64,000 nt of DNA from Macrostomum lignano (lineage: Eukaryota). Made by a program: the position numbers and the translations under genes. Every line of letters begins with the position of its first letter. The stretch's first letter is position 1. The DNA lies in the NCBI GenBank assembly GCA_002269645.1, contig NIVC01003660.1, positions 20,695-84,694 on the forward strand. The letters run 5' to 3'. This document shows, one piece after another, positions 35,503 through 51,499 of this stretch. The notes below the pieces were generated by a model, which worked only from the letters and a program-made list of their open reading frames with translations, searched no databases and was not told the origin of the DNA.

Positions 35503-35605
35503 ATTAGCAGGTCAGATTGATCAGCAGGTCAGATTGATCAGCAGGTCAGATTGATCAGCAGGTCAGATTGATCAGCAGGTCAGATTGATCAGCAGGTCAG
35601 ATTAT
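35503..35605. repeat. 17-bp tandem repeat GATTGATCAGCAGGTCA
   Basis: About 6 copies. Confidence 0.9.
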
Positions 35606-38600
35606 AAGTCAGATAAGTAGGCCAGATTATCGCAGCAGGTGGAATTGTAAGTAAAAGTGTAGGTCAGTCTGTCAGTCCATACAGTCAGGAAATGGTTGTC
35701 AGTTAAAGGGTGAAGCTTTGTCGACGTACTATAAGATCTTAATGTAGTCTAGGAGCTATATTACAAATTCAATGTCAATTTTACAGCGTTAATTCTTATA
35801 TGAGTATTCACTCACAAGCCGAAAGCAATTAAAATGCAGTGCAACGTACAGTGTAGACGCTGATCACCAGGGAAGAAAGAACTGAAAGTAACATTCATGT
35901 ACGAGCTAGAAACAAAATATACCGACTCGATTGATGACGCGAAGGGGGAATTTGGGAGGACTGCGGACTGGGCAGAACTGGGAAAAATAAAATCAAGAAA
36001 ATGTTGATGACGACAACCACGGGTCTGGCAATCAATTTCCCGTCGGCTGCTCCCGCCCTCCCCTCTTCTCTCCTCGACCGATTCCACCAGTCTGCAGCCT
36101 CATCCCCGATCCCCCAGGAGGAATTTGGGGATGCTGAGCAGGCGGGCGGATGGAGGCAAAGCGGGGGGCTGAGGGCCTCGTGGACTTTAAATATAGAAAG
36201 TAGCCGTCGAGTTTCAATCAAGATTGGGGAGCAAACTATTACAGAAAGCAAATGCTTCGCCTTCTCGGGTCTCGCGATTTCATCTCAATCGAAATTATAA
36301 TTTTTTCCGCGATGCTCTTTACCCAATCTGCTTCGTCCAGACTTGAAACATCAATATGAATATTGGAATTTGACACGCTCCATTCTGGCATAGCCGAAGT
36401 TTTTTCTGCACCTTTCCATGAATTACCTGCACAGTTTATCCAATAAGTAGATTTTACGAGCGTATGTATGTACTTTTACGATTGCAGTATAAGTTGTTGT
36501 GTAAATTGTGTAAGTGTTGCAAAAACTTCAAAGACTACTTGAATTAAGCTGACAATGTCTTTTGGCTCAAAATTTATATGCACAAAAATTCGATGCACCT
36601 TGCAACGGTAATTTCTGCGCTGCGCCTTTTTAAACGAAGATCTGCATGCGCGTTTCCACTCCCCCAGACCGTTGAGACATTCATGATTCTGCCAGAAGGT
36701 CTGATTTTTTCCATAAGCGCTACAGTAATTTGATCAGTACACGACCAGATGTTAATTATGAATACATGCACTCGTACATGTAGTAAATGTGACCTCGATC
36801 AGTGCGGCCTTTGTCAACCCAATTCATACTTCATCAGCGCCATGCTGACTTTGTTCATGGCCTCTGACATTCACCTTGGCGGAGCTGCTATTGATCTGAA
36901 CCTACCGGTACATATAACAGCTGGATGAAACCATCAGACTATGGACTCTGTTGCGAATATGTTCGATTTGCGATATCGCTGCCGGTCAATTGACTTGGGG
37001 GAAAACCTGAGCTACTTGTGAATCCTCAACTCGTCTCTTCCAGCATTCGATCATGATGCAGTCATCATCCTGACGCCGTTAATTGGAAAGATTAAATAGG
37101 AAGGCACCATACACCAGGTGACAATCGAGTACCGATCGCGGGTGCAGAGCATCAACTCCGCTGATGTAAAGTCAGCGCGTGCGGTGTCAATCATGTACGC
37201 TCTGTGGATTTTTATTGCACAGGGGGCTCCCAGGGAATGGTCGTAACCGTTTCTGAGAGCGATCCATAGGGACTCCATCAACTCGACCTTCGATTACTTC
37301 AGCGAGATATTAGAGTTGCTTGAGAATGGTAAAATTGAAACTGTCAATGATCGATGCCATTCGCCTTCACTAAGTCTTCGAAAACCCTTGAGACGAAATT
37401 GGCCGAGTCGACTGTCGTCGGTGCTGTTCGAGAGATATCCAAAGAAGAGAACAACGCTCTTTGGGGCTCTATGATCGAACGTCGCACTGAATAGAGGAAG
37501 ACGAACTCTTGACTAAGAATGATTTAAGTGAAAATCTTTCTTATTAGAATGTTTAGAAAATAATCTATTTAATTTGTCGATGTATAGTAATAGGCAGAAC
37601 TAAACGCTATTAATTTTTTGCGAATAATCGACGCGTTGTGAGGTGTTGTAAGACAGGTACGTGTACACAGTAAGCCTCAATCAAACAGTGTTACTTTTTT
37701 ATGATAAGCATGTTTATTCAGCAAAATTAAATTAAATTAAGAAAGTAAGAAAGTATTTAGGACTTCTACCTGATTGAAATAAAACAGGAATTCTTAATTA
37801 AATTAGAAATGATGAATCCTTACACTGCATACTAGTGTGTTTTAAAAAGGCCTATTTAAGGAGTTGTGCTGAACATAATAATAACTAATACTACGAGCGT
37901 ATTACAAAATGTAGTTTAGTAGTAATAATAGTACCTATTACGAGCTACTAATACTATTTTTGCGACAAGGTCAAGTGTGACGAAGATTTTGCTAACCTTT
38001 ATTGAGAATCGTAATTTACGACAATAAAGTGATAACTCGCAAAATCAGATAATTTGAAAATCTGTTTTTTTCCTCGAAAGATATTTTAAATATCGCCAAT
38101 ATCGGGCTAGTCTAGGGCGTGGGGCTTTTTATTTCTAGAAGTTTTCTAGATATTGCAATATTACCATTGCAGAATGTTTAAAAATTCAAATAATTTTTCT
38201 CGTCAGCAAATTATTCACAATTTAAAGTCGTATTTAAACACAATACAATGCTTCTTCCCGAGGGTTTGAAGTTGGGTTAGCCGGGACCCGGGAGGGAGGA
38301 ATCAAAATCAGGCGCCTAAATCATAATTAGGTTTCAGTTCATTTAGTTCATTTTAATTAGTTCTTTAAATTTGCTTTGGTTGATTCAAATAACAAATAAA
38401 TAAAATAACTTTTATTAATTAACCAATACCTTACTTGATACTTGTTATTATACTTGATCATTACCTAAGAAGCACTTGTCGCTTGTTTGATAATTTAAAT
38501 GAATATTTTTTGCAATAAATTTAAGTTCATAGGAATTGAACCTCCTTTCTAACTATTGAACTAACTATTAAGGTGAAGTTTAAATAAGAATATTGCAATT

Positions 38601-39615
38601 TAACATTTTCTATCAAAAGAATTATTATCATAAAATTTTTATGTTAAAATTGCTTTTACTGCTTTTGAAAAAAGTTTTTGTTCAAGAATCAAGTGAATCT
38701 ATGAATATCTTTGGGAATTTATTAGTACAAAATACAATTCAATGCAAAAAATATTATAGCCAAATTGCTAAAATAGTTACCATATTGATAGAAAAAACTT
38801 ATTCCAAATTTCAATCTTTAAATTTAGATTTTTTACAATCAATAGAAATGATAATTTTATTAAATAGAGATATATTTCAAATGAAAAAATATTTGAATTA
38901 TGCTATATTTAAATCAAACTAATATTCTAATTTTTATAGGAATATACCAATAACAATTTAGTTCATAAAACTTTTTGTTTGATTTGTAATGCAAAACTAA
39001 AGAATATTTATAAGACAAACATGAACTTAAGCTTATATCTTATAAGCATATATCTTATGATAGTCTTCTGATAATATTGACAAGAAATATATAATGAATA
39101 TATTATAAAGGTAATTGCTATAAACAAATTGAGACTATTAAATAAGCAGTAACCATATAATGGGTTGCTTTTAGTTTGAAACCCTTTTTTTCTTTGTCTT
39201 ATATAGATTCATATAATAAATTGATACTATGACCAATTAGATCTTTACATCCTAGCTGAATCACTAATTGGACTTGATTTAATAAGAATTTTTTAACAAG
39301 AATTATCTCAAGAAACATCAATTATTTAAAGAGATACAAGTCATGATAGTAATAATAATAGATAAAAGTAAGTTGGATAAGAGCTAAATTGTCTAGATTT
39401 GGATCCCAATACAACAATAGGACTAGGAATTTGGATCCTATCCAACCTTTAATTTTTTATAAAGACAGATTTTGAAATTAAGTAGAGATATAGTCATATG
39501 TGTAGATAATAGTGGCTAAAAGCAAAAAGTTTATAGAGATTTTTTTCGGTATGATAATTAAGCCATATTTTATAACTTTTTATAACTGATTTAATTTTAA
39601 TGTTCTGCATCCCAG

Positions 39616-39969
39616 GAGGAACCCCAGCTTCAGGCCAGCGGCAGTAGCGAACCCGCTGTTCAGGCAGCTCAGGCCACAGAAAATGACACTGAAGAAGTGC
39701 AGCCTCGTCATCCTCAGCCTCAGCAGCCGCCGCCGCCGCAGCAGCAGCAGCAGCAGGTGCTGCCTCACAGCGATAGCCGAGTCGGCGAGGCGGACACGAT
39801 CTCCAAGCGAGATTATTACACACTGCGCGACCAGGGCGCCACTATGCAGCCGACACTGCAGAGGCAGTCAGAGGGAGGCGGCGGCGGCATTCGGCGCCTG
39901 GGTTCGGTGAAGATGCGCGAGTGTCTGGTTGTGATGCTGGACGGATCGGTTAATTCCTTTGAAGTTGAC
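39616..39969 (+). CDS. FERM-SPRY protein, exon with Gln/Pro-rich leader and start of FERM F1
   Basis: Acceptor catcccag|GAG, donor GAC|GTGAGC. Ends with KMRECLVVMLDGSVNSFEVD (band 4.1: MHCKVSLLDDTVYECVVE). Confidence 0.8.
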
Positions 39970-40127
39970 GTGAGCAATAAAATGCTTTTCTAATTATTCA
40001 GTATGCAGTTTTTTAGATTGCCTAATTTAACAAAAGAAGTTTCCCAGGAAATTGATCTATTTCCGTTTACCCAATATTTCATTGATGGATTTTTTCTTGC
40101 CCTCTTCTTCTTTCTATTCGATCGCAG

Positions 40128-40232
40128 CCGGCCTCCAAAGCGCAGGATTTGTTCGACGAGACCTGCAAGTTTCTCTGTCTGCGCGAGAAAGAATACTTCG
40201 GCCTGTGCTATCGGGACTCTACGCACATTTTT
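40128..40232 (+). CDS. FERM-SPRY protein, FERM F1 exon
   Basis: gatcgcag|PASKAQDLFDETCKFLCLREKEYFGLCYRDSTHIF|gtgagt (band 4.1: [26 protein letters not shown]). Confidence 0.88.
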
Positions 40233-40419
40233 GTGAGTTGGGCATTGCTTGTTAACTATATAATAGTACATTTGCTTTGCATCCTGCCGCACACTTTCTG
40301 GCGCCTCCCTCCGCTCCCTTTCTTTTAGAGGAAGGTATCTCCTTTATAGCCTTTCTTGGCGCCACCTTCCCATGCCTTAGCGCCTCCTTCTGCTCCCTTC
40401 CTGGTGCCCTATTAGTGTC

Positions 40420-40600
40420 CGTTTGACGCCCCTTCCACACCCATCCTGGCGCCGTCTTGTCTGTTTGGCGCCCCCTTCGATACCCACCCTGGCGCCCCCT
40501 TGGTGTCTTTTTGGCGCCCCCTTCCATACCCACTCTGGCAGCCCCTTGGTGTCTTTTTGGCGCCCCCTTCCATACCCACTCTGGCGCCCTCCTGCGCTCC
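40420..40600. repeat. Short GC-rich tandem repeat (GGCGCCCCCTT core)
   Basis: Recurrent TTGGTGTCTTTTTGGCGCCCCCTTCCATACCCACTCT. Confidence 0.7.
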
Positions 40601-41252
40601 CTCGGGTTTCCAAATCAATTTTTATTTCTCGTTTATGCAAAAGTACATAATCTCCCTCTATCTGAGCAAACGGACTGTAAAAAGGAAACGGACAGATCTG
40701 GCGGCACTTTCAATGCGATATTTTTGGGAGTTGGTTCTATAATAGATTGACGAGCGCCATTGGCGGGGAAGGAAAGAAGCAGAGAAACCCTCTCGCCACT
40801 GCCCTCTGGTCCCCCTCTTTTGAACTTTTTTCCATTCCCCTCTCTCTCCACCGTGATTGCCAATTAACGGGCAAACTCCCCCAAAACTCTGCCTCAAGCC
40901 GCCCAATCTCCCCTGATGAGGCCAACCCAGCTGCAGGTCACGTGACCCCTGACCGCATATATATATGCGGAAATATAAATATTTCCTGGCGTCAGTCTTT
41001 CTTCCTTTTTATTCGAGCATTTTTTAAGCCCAGCGCGAGTACGCTGACTTCCTGGTGGGATTTTTCTGGCCTAATAGAGGTGTGGGATAATTATATTGGC
41101 TGTCAGGTGGCGCGGGGCGGGGTCGAAAAAAATTTGAGTTGATGAGGAATATTATTAATCTGACCGGATATTGGTAGGTGGGATTCGCCCATTGTTTGCC
41201 GGGGGTTATTCATTGGCTCGCTGGGATGATTCCCAGGGCTTCAGATAGCGGG

Positions 41253-42730
41253 CACTGAGATTTACCACTCTGGGAAATTCCCCCATACACACTGAGATTT
41301 ACCACTCTGGGAAACTCCCCCATACACTGAGATTTACCGCTCTGGGAAATTCCCCCATAAACTGAGATTTACCGCTCTGGGAAACTCCCCCATACACTGA
41401 GATTTACCGCTCTGGGAAATTCCCCCATACACTGAGATTTACCGCTCTGGGAAACTCCCCCATAAACTGAGATTTACCGCTCTGGGAAATTCCCCCATAC
41501 ACTGAGATTTACCGCTCTGAGAAATTCCCCCCATACACTGAGATTTACCGCTCTGGGAAATTCCCCCCATACACTGAGATTTACCGCTCTAGAAAATTCC
41601 CTCACACACTGAGATTTACCACTCTGGGAAATTCCCCGATAAACTGAGATTTACCGCTCTGGGAAATTCCCCCACACACTGAGATTTACCACTCTGGGAA
41701 AATCCCCCATAAACTGAGATTTACCACTCTGGGAAATTCCCCCATACAAACTGAGATTTACCGCTCTGGGAAATTCCCCCATACACTGAGATTTACCACT
41801 CTGGGAAATTCCCCGATAAACTGAGATTTACCGCTCTGGGAAATTCCCCCATACACTGATATTTACCGCTCTGGGAAATTCCCCCATACACTGAGATTTA
41901 CCGCTCTGGGAAATCCCCCATAAACTGAGATTTACCACTCTGGGAAATTCCCCCATACACACTGAGATTTACCGCTCTGGGAAATTCCCCGATAAACTGA
42001 GATTTACCACTCTGGGAAATTCCCCCATACACTGAGATTTACCGCTCTGGGAAATTCCCCCATACACTGATATTTACCGCTCTGGGAAATTCCCCCATAC
42101 ACTGAGATTTACCGCTCTGGGAAATCCCCCATAAACTGAGATTTACCACTCTGGGAAATTCCCCCATACACACTGAGATTTACCGCTCTGGGAAATTCCC
42201 CGATAAACTGAGATTTACCACTCTGGGAAATTCCCCCATACACTGAGATTTACCGCTCTGGGAAATTCCCCCATACACTGAGATTTACCGCTCTGGGAAA
42301 TTCCCCCATACACTGATATTTACCGCTCTGGGAAATTCCCTCATACACTGAGATTTACCGCTCTGGGAAATTCCCCCATACACTGAGATTTACCGCTCTG
42401 GGAAATTCCCCCATACACTGATATTTACCGCTCTGGGAAATTCCCCCATACACTGAGATTTACCGCTCTGGGAAATTCCCCCATACACTGATATTTACCG
42501 CTCTGGGAAATTCCCTCATACACACTGAGATTTACCACTCTGGGAAATTCCCCGATAAACTGAGATTTACCGCTCTGAGAAATTCCCCAACACACTGAGG
42601 TTTATCAGTCTGGGAAATTCCCCCACACATGGAGATTCACCACTCTGGGAAATCCCCCCACGCTGAGGTTTGTAGATTTACAATGAGATTGTACACTGAG
42701 ATTTACAACTAAGAAATTCCCTCACACACT
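41253..42730. repeat. ~35-bp minisatellite CACTGAGATTTACCGCTCTGGGAAATTCCCCCATA
   Basis: About 40 tandem copies in the intron. Confidence 0.97.
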
Positions 42731-42888
42731 AGAGCATCTCCTGGTTGAGATTCGAGAATATTCCTATTAAGATTCGATCGTGAAGCATATCTTCTACAGG
42801 GTAAAATATTCAAAGATATACTGACGCTGTCGCACCCAATAAAATAATAATTTATTAAAAGCACTTCTTTTGCTTTTCCAATTTGCAG

Positions 42889-42931
42889 CACTGGCTCTAC
42901 AATGACAGACGGCTGAACAAGCAGATTGGCA
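42889..42931 (+). CDS. FERM-SPRY protein, 43-nt FERM exon
   Basis: tttgcag|HWLYNDRRLNKQIG|gtaagc (band 4.1: TWLDSAKEIKKQV). Ends in phase 1. Confidence 0.82.
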
Positions 42932-43404
42932 GTAAGCAGCTCGTCATTTTCTTCTTTTATTATTCAAAACCCATTTTTCTGTTTACGAATGCTTGCAAAA
43001 TTCCATTGGGACCCACGTGTGTCACCTGGGATTCAGTTTGGCGCATTTACGGCATCACCGTCAGGATCTTTCCTCTCCGCTGCTAGCATTTTTCCCCTTA
43101 ATTAGTCCCTGCCTTATCCTACATGACCTGTGTATACACAGTGTGCGGTCCATGCAGTGGTGGAGCGCACACCTGGCCTAGTTAGTGGATGCAGCCCTTC
43201 AGTTTAGTAGTTCCTTTATGGATATGGCGGTGCATGCATATTCCGCATCCATCACTTTCTAATGCCAAGTTAGACACGCGCACACAGGGCCACGTAATAC
43301 ATGGCTTATTTTGCTTGTGAGCATATGCATTTAGGATTATATAGTATTAGCGGATATTGACTTTTTGACTAATCCATATTCTTTCTATTATTAGCTAACT
43401 TAAT

Positions 43405-45355
<1,951 letters not shown>

Positions 45356-45809
45356 TCTACGAGCTACAAGACTCAAAAATTTATTGTAGCCGCGCATGGA
45401 ATCAAGGATTTTATAACCTCAACAACTGCAAATAGTAAATTTATTTACAGTGCGACATCGGTAGCAAAACTGGTGGCAAAGATTCTCACGCTATCTGAGT
45501 GACTGCACATGTAGAATAGCTTGTATAAGCATAGAAGAGGCCTGCTTTGCTGATCTTTAAGTGTTAGCTTTTCGGCACTGGTGTATGCAATCTGCAATTT
45601 GTACCCTCGCGCAGCCTCTCCGCCACTTGAATTTCGAACTGTGTGCTCCTAGGCCCACTGTAACTTGCACATATCTCTCATATCCTAGCGGCCCAGCCAG
45701 TTGCTATGCAGTTTCATGCTGAACACTATATTAATTTATGGGATGCAATGTACAAGTTGTCTGCCATCTCAAAGAGTTGAGCCCGACCAGTCTATTTTAG
45801 TCGTATTTT

Positions 45810-46745
45810 GAATGAATTATCGAGCTTGTGATGAATTATCGAGCTTGTGATGAATTATCGAGCTTGTGATGAATTATCGAGCTTGTGATGAATTATCGAG
45901 CTTGTGAGTTATCGAGCTTGTGAATTATCGAGCTTATGAATTATCGAGCTTGTGAATTATCAAGCTTGTGAATTATCGAGCTTGTGAATTATCGAGCTTG
46001 TGAATTATCGAGCTTGTGAATTATCGAGCTTGTGAATTATCGAGCTTGTGAATTATCGAGCTTGTGAATTATCGAGCTTGTGAATTATCGAGCTTGTGAA
46101 TTATCGAGCTTATGAATTATCGAGCTTGTGAGTTATCGAGCTTGTGAGTTATCGAGCTTGTGAATTATCGAGCTTGTGAATTATCGAGCTTGTGAATTAT
46201 CGAGCTTGTGAATTATCGAGCTTGTGAATTATCGAGCTTGTGAATTATCGAGCTTGTGAATTATCGAGCTTATGAATTATCGAGCTTGTGAGTTATCGAG
46301 CTTGTGAGTTATCGAGCTTGTGAATTATCGAGCTTGTGAATTATCGAGCTTGCGAATTATCAAGCTTATGAATTATCGAGCTTGTGAATTATCGAGCTTG
46401 TGAATTATCGAGCTTGTGAATTATCGAGCTTGTGAATTATCGAGCTTATGAATTATCGAGCTTGTGAGTTATCGAGCTTGCGATAAATTATCGAGCTTGT
46501 AAATTATCAAGCTTATGAATTATCGAGCTTGTGAATTATCGAGCTTGCGAATTATCAAGCTTATGAATTATCGAGCTTGTGATAAATTATCGAGCTTGTA
46601 AATTATCGAGCTTGTGAATTATCGAGCTTATGAATTATCGAGCTTGTGATAAATTATCGAGCTTGTAAATTATCAAGCTTATGAATTATCGAGCTTGTGA
46701 ATTAAGGAGCTTGTGAGTTATCGAGCTTGTGAATTATGGAGCTTG
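45810..46745. repeat. 16-bp minisatellite GAATTATCGAGCTTGT
   Basis: About 55 tandem copies. Confidence 0.97.
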
Positions 46746-47404
46746 TGAATTTTCGATGTCTTAAGTGTCAAGCTTATCGAAGTTCAGAGTCCAACAAAAG
46801 CAGGCACAATTCCAATAAAAAACCATAAACTTCAAAAAGTCGGAATTCGGTGCGGATGCGAAGCCATATTCCGGGAAACCTGCTGCAGCAGGTGATGGAG
46901 CTGTGGGAAGCTGGGCCCGCAGCGCATTACGCAAAAACATTTGGCAAGTATGGATAGGATTCGAAGCAGAATTTCGCCCCCACCCCCTGATTTTCTTCCC
47001 TCAGGGATATCCCTATCCGATTATTTCATTAGAAAAATCCTCTTGAGTGGGAGCGGGGCAAATTCTTGGCCTATTCTAAACCGCAATATTGTTGTTGCCA
47101 TGGTTACTAGGCTGGCGGCGGTAGGATCGAAAGCAGTAGTAGGTATAGGGGAATCGAATGCCTTCTTACCTGATATTTACTATACCCTTGGCAATGGGGT
47201 TTCAAGTTCAGCGATGACGCATCATCTGATCCTAATGCGATTTATGCCCAGGATTTGGGGAAATTTTATGTATTTTTCATCTCAATTGCTTAGTCTTCAC
47301 CTTTAGAGTTCAGGTGATGAATAATTGTTAGGTGCTTGTCAGAAATACTGTTGTACTTCTAAATATTGCGTTTGTGTGTCTATGATGGAGAATTGCGTGA
47401 TAAG

Positions 47405-49005
47405 CTTGTAAGCCCTATAAGATAATCGCCTATAAGCCCTATCTGGGAATCGCCTATAAGCCCTATCTGGGAATCGTCTATAAGCCCTATCTGGGAATCG
47501 CCTATAAGCCCTATCTGGGAATCGCCTATAAGCCCTATCTGGGAATCGCCTATAAGCCCTATCTGGGAATCGCCTATAAGCCCTATCTGGGAGTCATCTA
47601 TAAGCCCCATCTGGGAGTCGCCTATAAGCCCTATCTGGGAGTCGTCTATAAGCCCTATCTGGGAATCGTCTATAAGCCCTATCTGGGAGTCATCTATAAG
47701 CCCTATCTGGGAGTCGTCTATAAGCCCTATCTGGGAATCGTCTATAAGCCCTATCTGGGAGTCATCTATAAGCCCTATCTGGGAGTCGTCTATAAGCCCT
47801 ATCTGGGAATCGTCTATAAGCCCTATCTGGGAGTCATCTATAAGCCCTATCTGGGAGTCGTCTATAAGCCCTATCTGGGAGTCGTCTATAAGCCCTATCT
47901 GGGAATCGTCTATAAGCCCTATCTGGGAGTCGCCTATAAGCCCCATCTGGGAGTCGCCTATAAGCCCTATCTGGGAGTCGCCTATAAGCCCCATCTGGGA
48001 GTCGCCTATAAGCCCTATCTGGGAATCGTCTATAAGCCCTATCTGGAAATCGTCTATAAGCCCTATCTGGGAATCGTCTATAAGCCCTATCTGGGAATCG
48101 TCTATAAGCCCTATCTGGAAATCGTCTATAAGCCCTATCTGGGAATCGTCTATAAGCCCTATCTGGAAATCGTCTATAAGCCCTATCTGGGAATCGTCTA
48201 TAAGCCCTATCTGGGAATCGTCTATAAGCCCTATCTGGGAATCGTCTATAAGCCCTATCTGGGAATCGTCTATAAGCCCTATCTAGGAATCGTCTATAAG
48301 CCCTATCTGGGAGTCGTCTATAAGCCCTATCTGGGAGTCGTCTATAAGCCCTATCTGGGAGTCGTCTATAAGCCCTATCTGGGAGTCGTCTATAGGCACT
48401 ATCTGGGAGTCGTCTATAAGCCCTATCTGGTAATCGTCTATAAGCCCTATCTGGGAATCGTCTATAAGCCATATCTGGAAATCGCCTATAAGCCCTATCT
48501 GGGAATCGTCTATAAGCCCTATCTGGAAATCGCCTATAAGCCCTATCTGGTAATCGTCTATAAGCCCTATCTGGGAATCCTCTATAAGCCCTTTCTGGGA
48601 ATCGTCTATAAGCCCTATCTGGAAATCGTCTATAAGCCCTTTCTGGGAATCGTCTATAAGCCTTATCTGGAAATCGTCTATAAGCCCTATCTGGTAATCG
48701 TCTATAAGCCCTATCTGGTAATCGTCTATAAGCCCTATCTGGTAATCGTCTATAAGCCCTATCTGGTAATCGTCTATAAGCCCTATCTGGTAATCGTCTA
48801 TAAGCCCTATCTGAGAATCGTCTATAAGCCCTATCTGGTAATCGTCTATAAGCCCTATCTGGTAATCGTCTATAAGCCCTATCTGGTAATCGTCTATAAG
48901 CCCTATCTGGGAATCGTCTATAAGCCCCATCTGGAAATCGCCTATAAGCCCTACGAGTATCTTGGAATCGCCTATAAGCCCTATCTGAGAATCGTCTTTA
49001 AACCT
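47405..49005. repeat. 24-bp minisatellite TATAAGCCCTATCTGGGAATCGTC
   Basis: About 65 tandem copies, giving spurious SQIGLIDD and AYRRFPDR ORFs. Confidence 0.97.
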
Positions 49006-49122
49006 CACTAGAGAATCACTTGTAAACTTTACAGAAGCAGTAGTTGTACATGTCCATATATAGCCCTATTACTCATCGTTAACCATACTGATTCAAACGC
49101 CTGTCAACGCCCCATCGCTCAG

Positions 49123-49355
49123 AGAACGAATGGAAGCTGGAGTTCATGGTGAAATTCTATCCGCCAGATCCGGAGAATCTGCGCGACAATCTCACCCGGT
49201 ACTACATGGCGCTGCAGATTCGCCAGAATCTTATGGCCGACATTTTGCCCTGCTCGTTTACTACCTATATAGTGCTCGGCAGTTACGTTGTGCAGTCGGA
49301 GATTGGCGACTACGATCCGTCTGACCCGCGGTTTAACGATGTCACCTATCTGCAG
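49123..49355 (+). CDS. FERM-SPRY protein, FERM F1/F2 exon
   Basis: gctcag|AG. Encodes NEWKLEFMVKFYPPDPENLRDNLTRYYMALQIRQNLMADILPCSFTTYIVLGSYVVQSEIGDYDP. Donor CAG|GTGGGC. Confidence 0.95.
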
Positions 49356-49431
49356 GTGGGCTGAGCTGCTGACTGTTTGCTTTGGTCTGCTCTTTTACTG
49401 TGTAGTTTTTCTGAAATGTTGATAGAATCTG

Positions 49432-50635
49432 GAAAGGAAGCGGGTAGGGAGAGGAACAGTGAGGGAGAGGAGCGGGTAGGGAGAGGAACAGGGAGGAAGG
49501 GGAGCGGGTAGGGAGAGGAGCAGTGAGGTAGAGGAGCGGGTAGGGAGAGGAGCAGTGAGGAAGGGAGCGGGTAGGGAGAGGAGCAGTGAGGTAGAGGAGC
49601 AGGTAGGGAGAGGAGCAGTGAGGTAGAGGAGCGGGTAGGGAGAGGAACAGTGAGGTAGAGGAGCGGGTAGGGAGAGGAGCAGTGAGGTAGAGGAGCGGGT
49701 AGGGAGAGGAGCAGTGAGGAAGGGAGCGGGTAGGGAGAGGAACAGTGAGGTAGAGGAGCGGTTAGTGAGTGGAACAGGGAAGGAGGGGAGCGGGTAGGGA
49801 GAGGAACAGGGAGGAAGGGGAGCGGGTAGGGAGAGGAGCAGTGAGGTAGAGGAGCGGGTAGGGAGAGGAGCAGTGAGGAAGGGAGCGGGTAGGGAGAGGA
49901 GCAGTGAGGTAGAGGAGCAGGTAGGGAGAGGAGCAGTGAGGTAGAGGAGCGGGTAGGGAGAGGAACAGTGAGGTAGAGGAGCGGGTAGGGAGAGGAGCAG
50001 TGAGGTAGAGGAGCGGGTAGGGAGAGGAGCAGTGAGGAAGGGAGCGGGTAGGGAGAGGAACAGTGAGGTAGAGGAGCGGTTAGTGAGTGGAACAGGGAAG
50101 GAGGGGAGCGGGTAGGGAGAGGAACAGTGAGGAAGAGGAGCGGGTAGGGAGAGGAACAGTGAGGGAGAGGAGCGGGTAGGGAGAGGAACAGTGAGGAAAA
50201 GGAGCGGGTAGGGAGAGGAACAGTGAGGAAGAGGAGCGGGTAGGGAGAGGAACAGTGAGGGAGAGGAGCGGGTAGGGAGAGGAGCAGTGAGGAAGGGAGC
50301 GGGTAGGGAGAGGAACAGTGAGGTAGAGGAGCGGTTAGTGAGTGGAACAGGGAAGGAGGGGAGCGGGTAGGGAGAGGAACAGTGAGGAAGGGGAGCGGGT
50401 AGGGAGAGGAACAGTGAGGAAGAGGAGCGGGTAGGAAGAGGAAAAGGTAGGAAGGGGAGCGGGTAGGGAGAGGAACAGTGAGGGAGAGGAGCGGGTAGGG
50501 AGAGGAACAGTGAGGAAAAGGAGCGGGTAGGGAGAGGAACAGTGAGGAAGAGGAGCGGGTAGGGAGAGGAACAGTGAGGGAGAGGAGCGGGTAGGGAGAG
50601 GAACAGGGAGGAAGGGAGCGGGTAGGGAGAGGCAC
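49432..50635. repeat. ~32-bp purine-rich minisatellite GAGCGGGTAGGGAGAGGA(G/A)CAGTGAGG
   Basis: Tandem copies that explain the Pro/Ser/Leu ORF on the minus strand. Confidence 0.95.
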
Positions 50636-51499
50636 TTGGAAAGGAAATAAAAATTAAAAGATGATCTTAAGAGGGAAACAAATTTTGATTCTTTTTGCAA
50701 ACGATAATGAAGATAATAACGATTCTGCAATTGCTCTACGAGCTAGAAATACTATACTTTTTTAAAGCAAGCAGTTATACAAATCAAGTTGATATTGAGT
50801 ACTGAACTCAGCTTACGGGCATATGGTGATGCTTTCTATGCTTTTTCTTATATAAGAATACTTGAGCTGAGACTCGAAACAGACAAGAGAAAATTTAATT
50901 GACTTCATTAATCTTGATTAGTTATGATTGGTTGCCTGTGCCCGCCCGAGTAGGAGAGCCAGCAAGTCACGTGACTTTATTTCAGAGTACGATCTGCACT
51001 TTTATAGAAAATTTATAAGCACCTTTTTTATGGACTGTTGAGGGATGAATTGCAGATAAGAAAGTGACGAATGAGCAGCTCTGTTGTCATTTTAATTGCC
51101 TATAAACTGTAGGCTTGGATTTTTCAAGCTTAGATAATCCTCTCCAGATCAGGGCTGGTTGATGAGGGGAGCAGAGCAGCGGTGGATTCAGATCACCCAT
51201 GTCCGTCTCTGTCTGGCCATGTAAACCAGCTGCCGCCCGCCATCCACTGCTGCCTTGTCTGGCCTGGCAAGCAAGGGAAGAAAATCCCCCCCCTACAACT
51301 CTGGCCTTCTTATTCCTTTTTTGCTAAGCTTTATTCTATCTTATCTCGGCGTGTCCGAAGCCACTACGGACTTTAGCTGGGAATTTTTCAGCTTAATATT
51401 TGAGGAACTTTTTTTAAATGTCTAAGCTGGATTGTGCGAACATTTCGGAACTGAATGAATGCTTGGGCACTGGACACGCCGCCTGACACTTGGGAATGG

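Noticed and set aside
38593-38922. 109-aa AT-rich ORF
   Set aside because: It has a TTG start, intergenic-like composition, no motif and no convincing splice sites.
47380-50730. Repeat ORFs SQIGLIDD, AYRRFPDR and SSPYPL
   Set aside because: They come from intronic 24-bp and 32-bp arrays.
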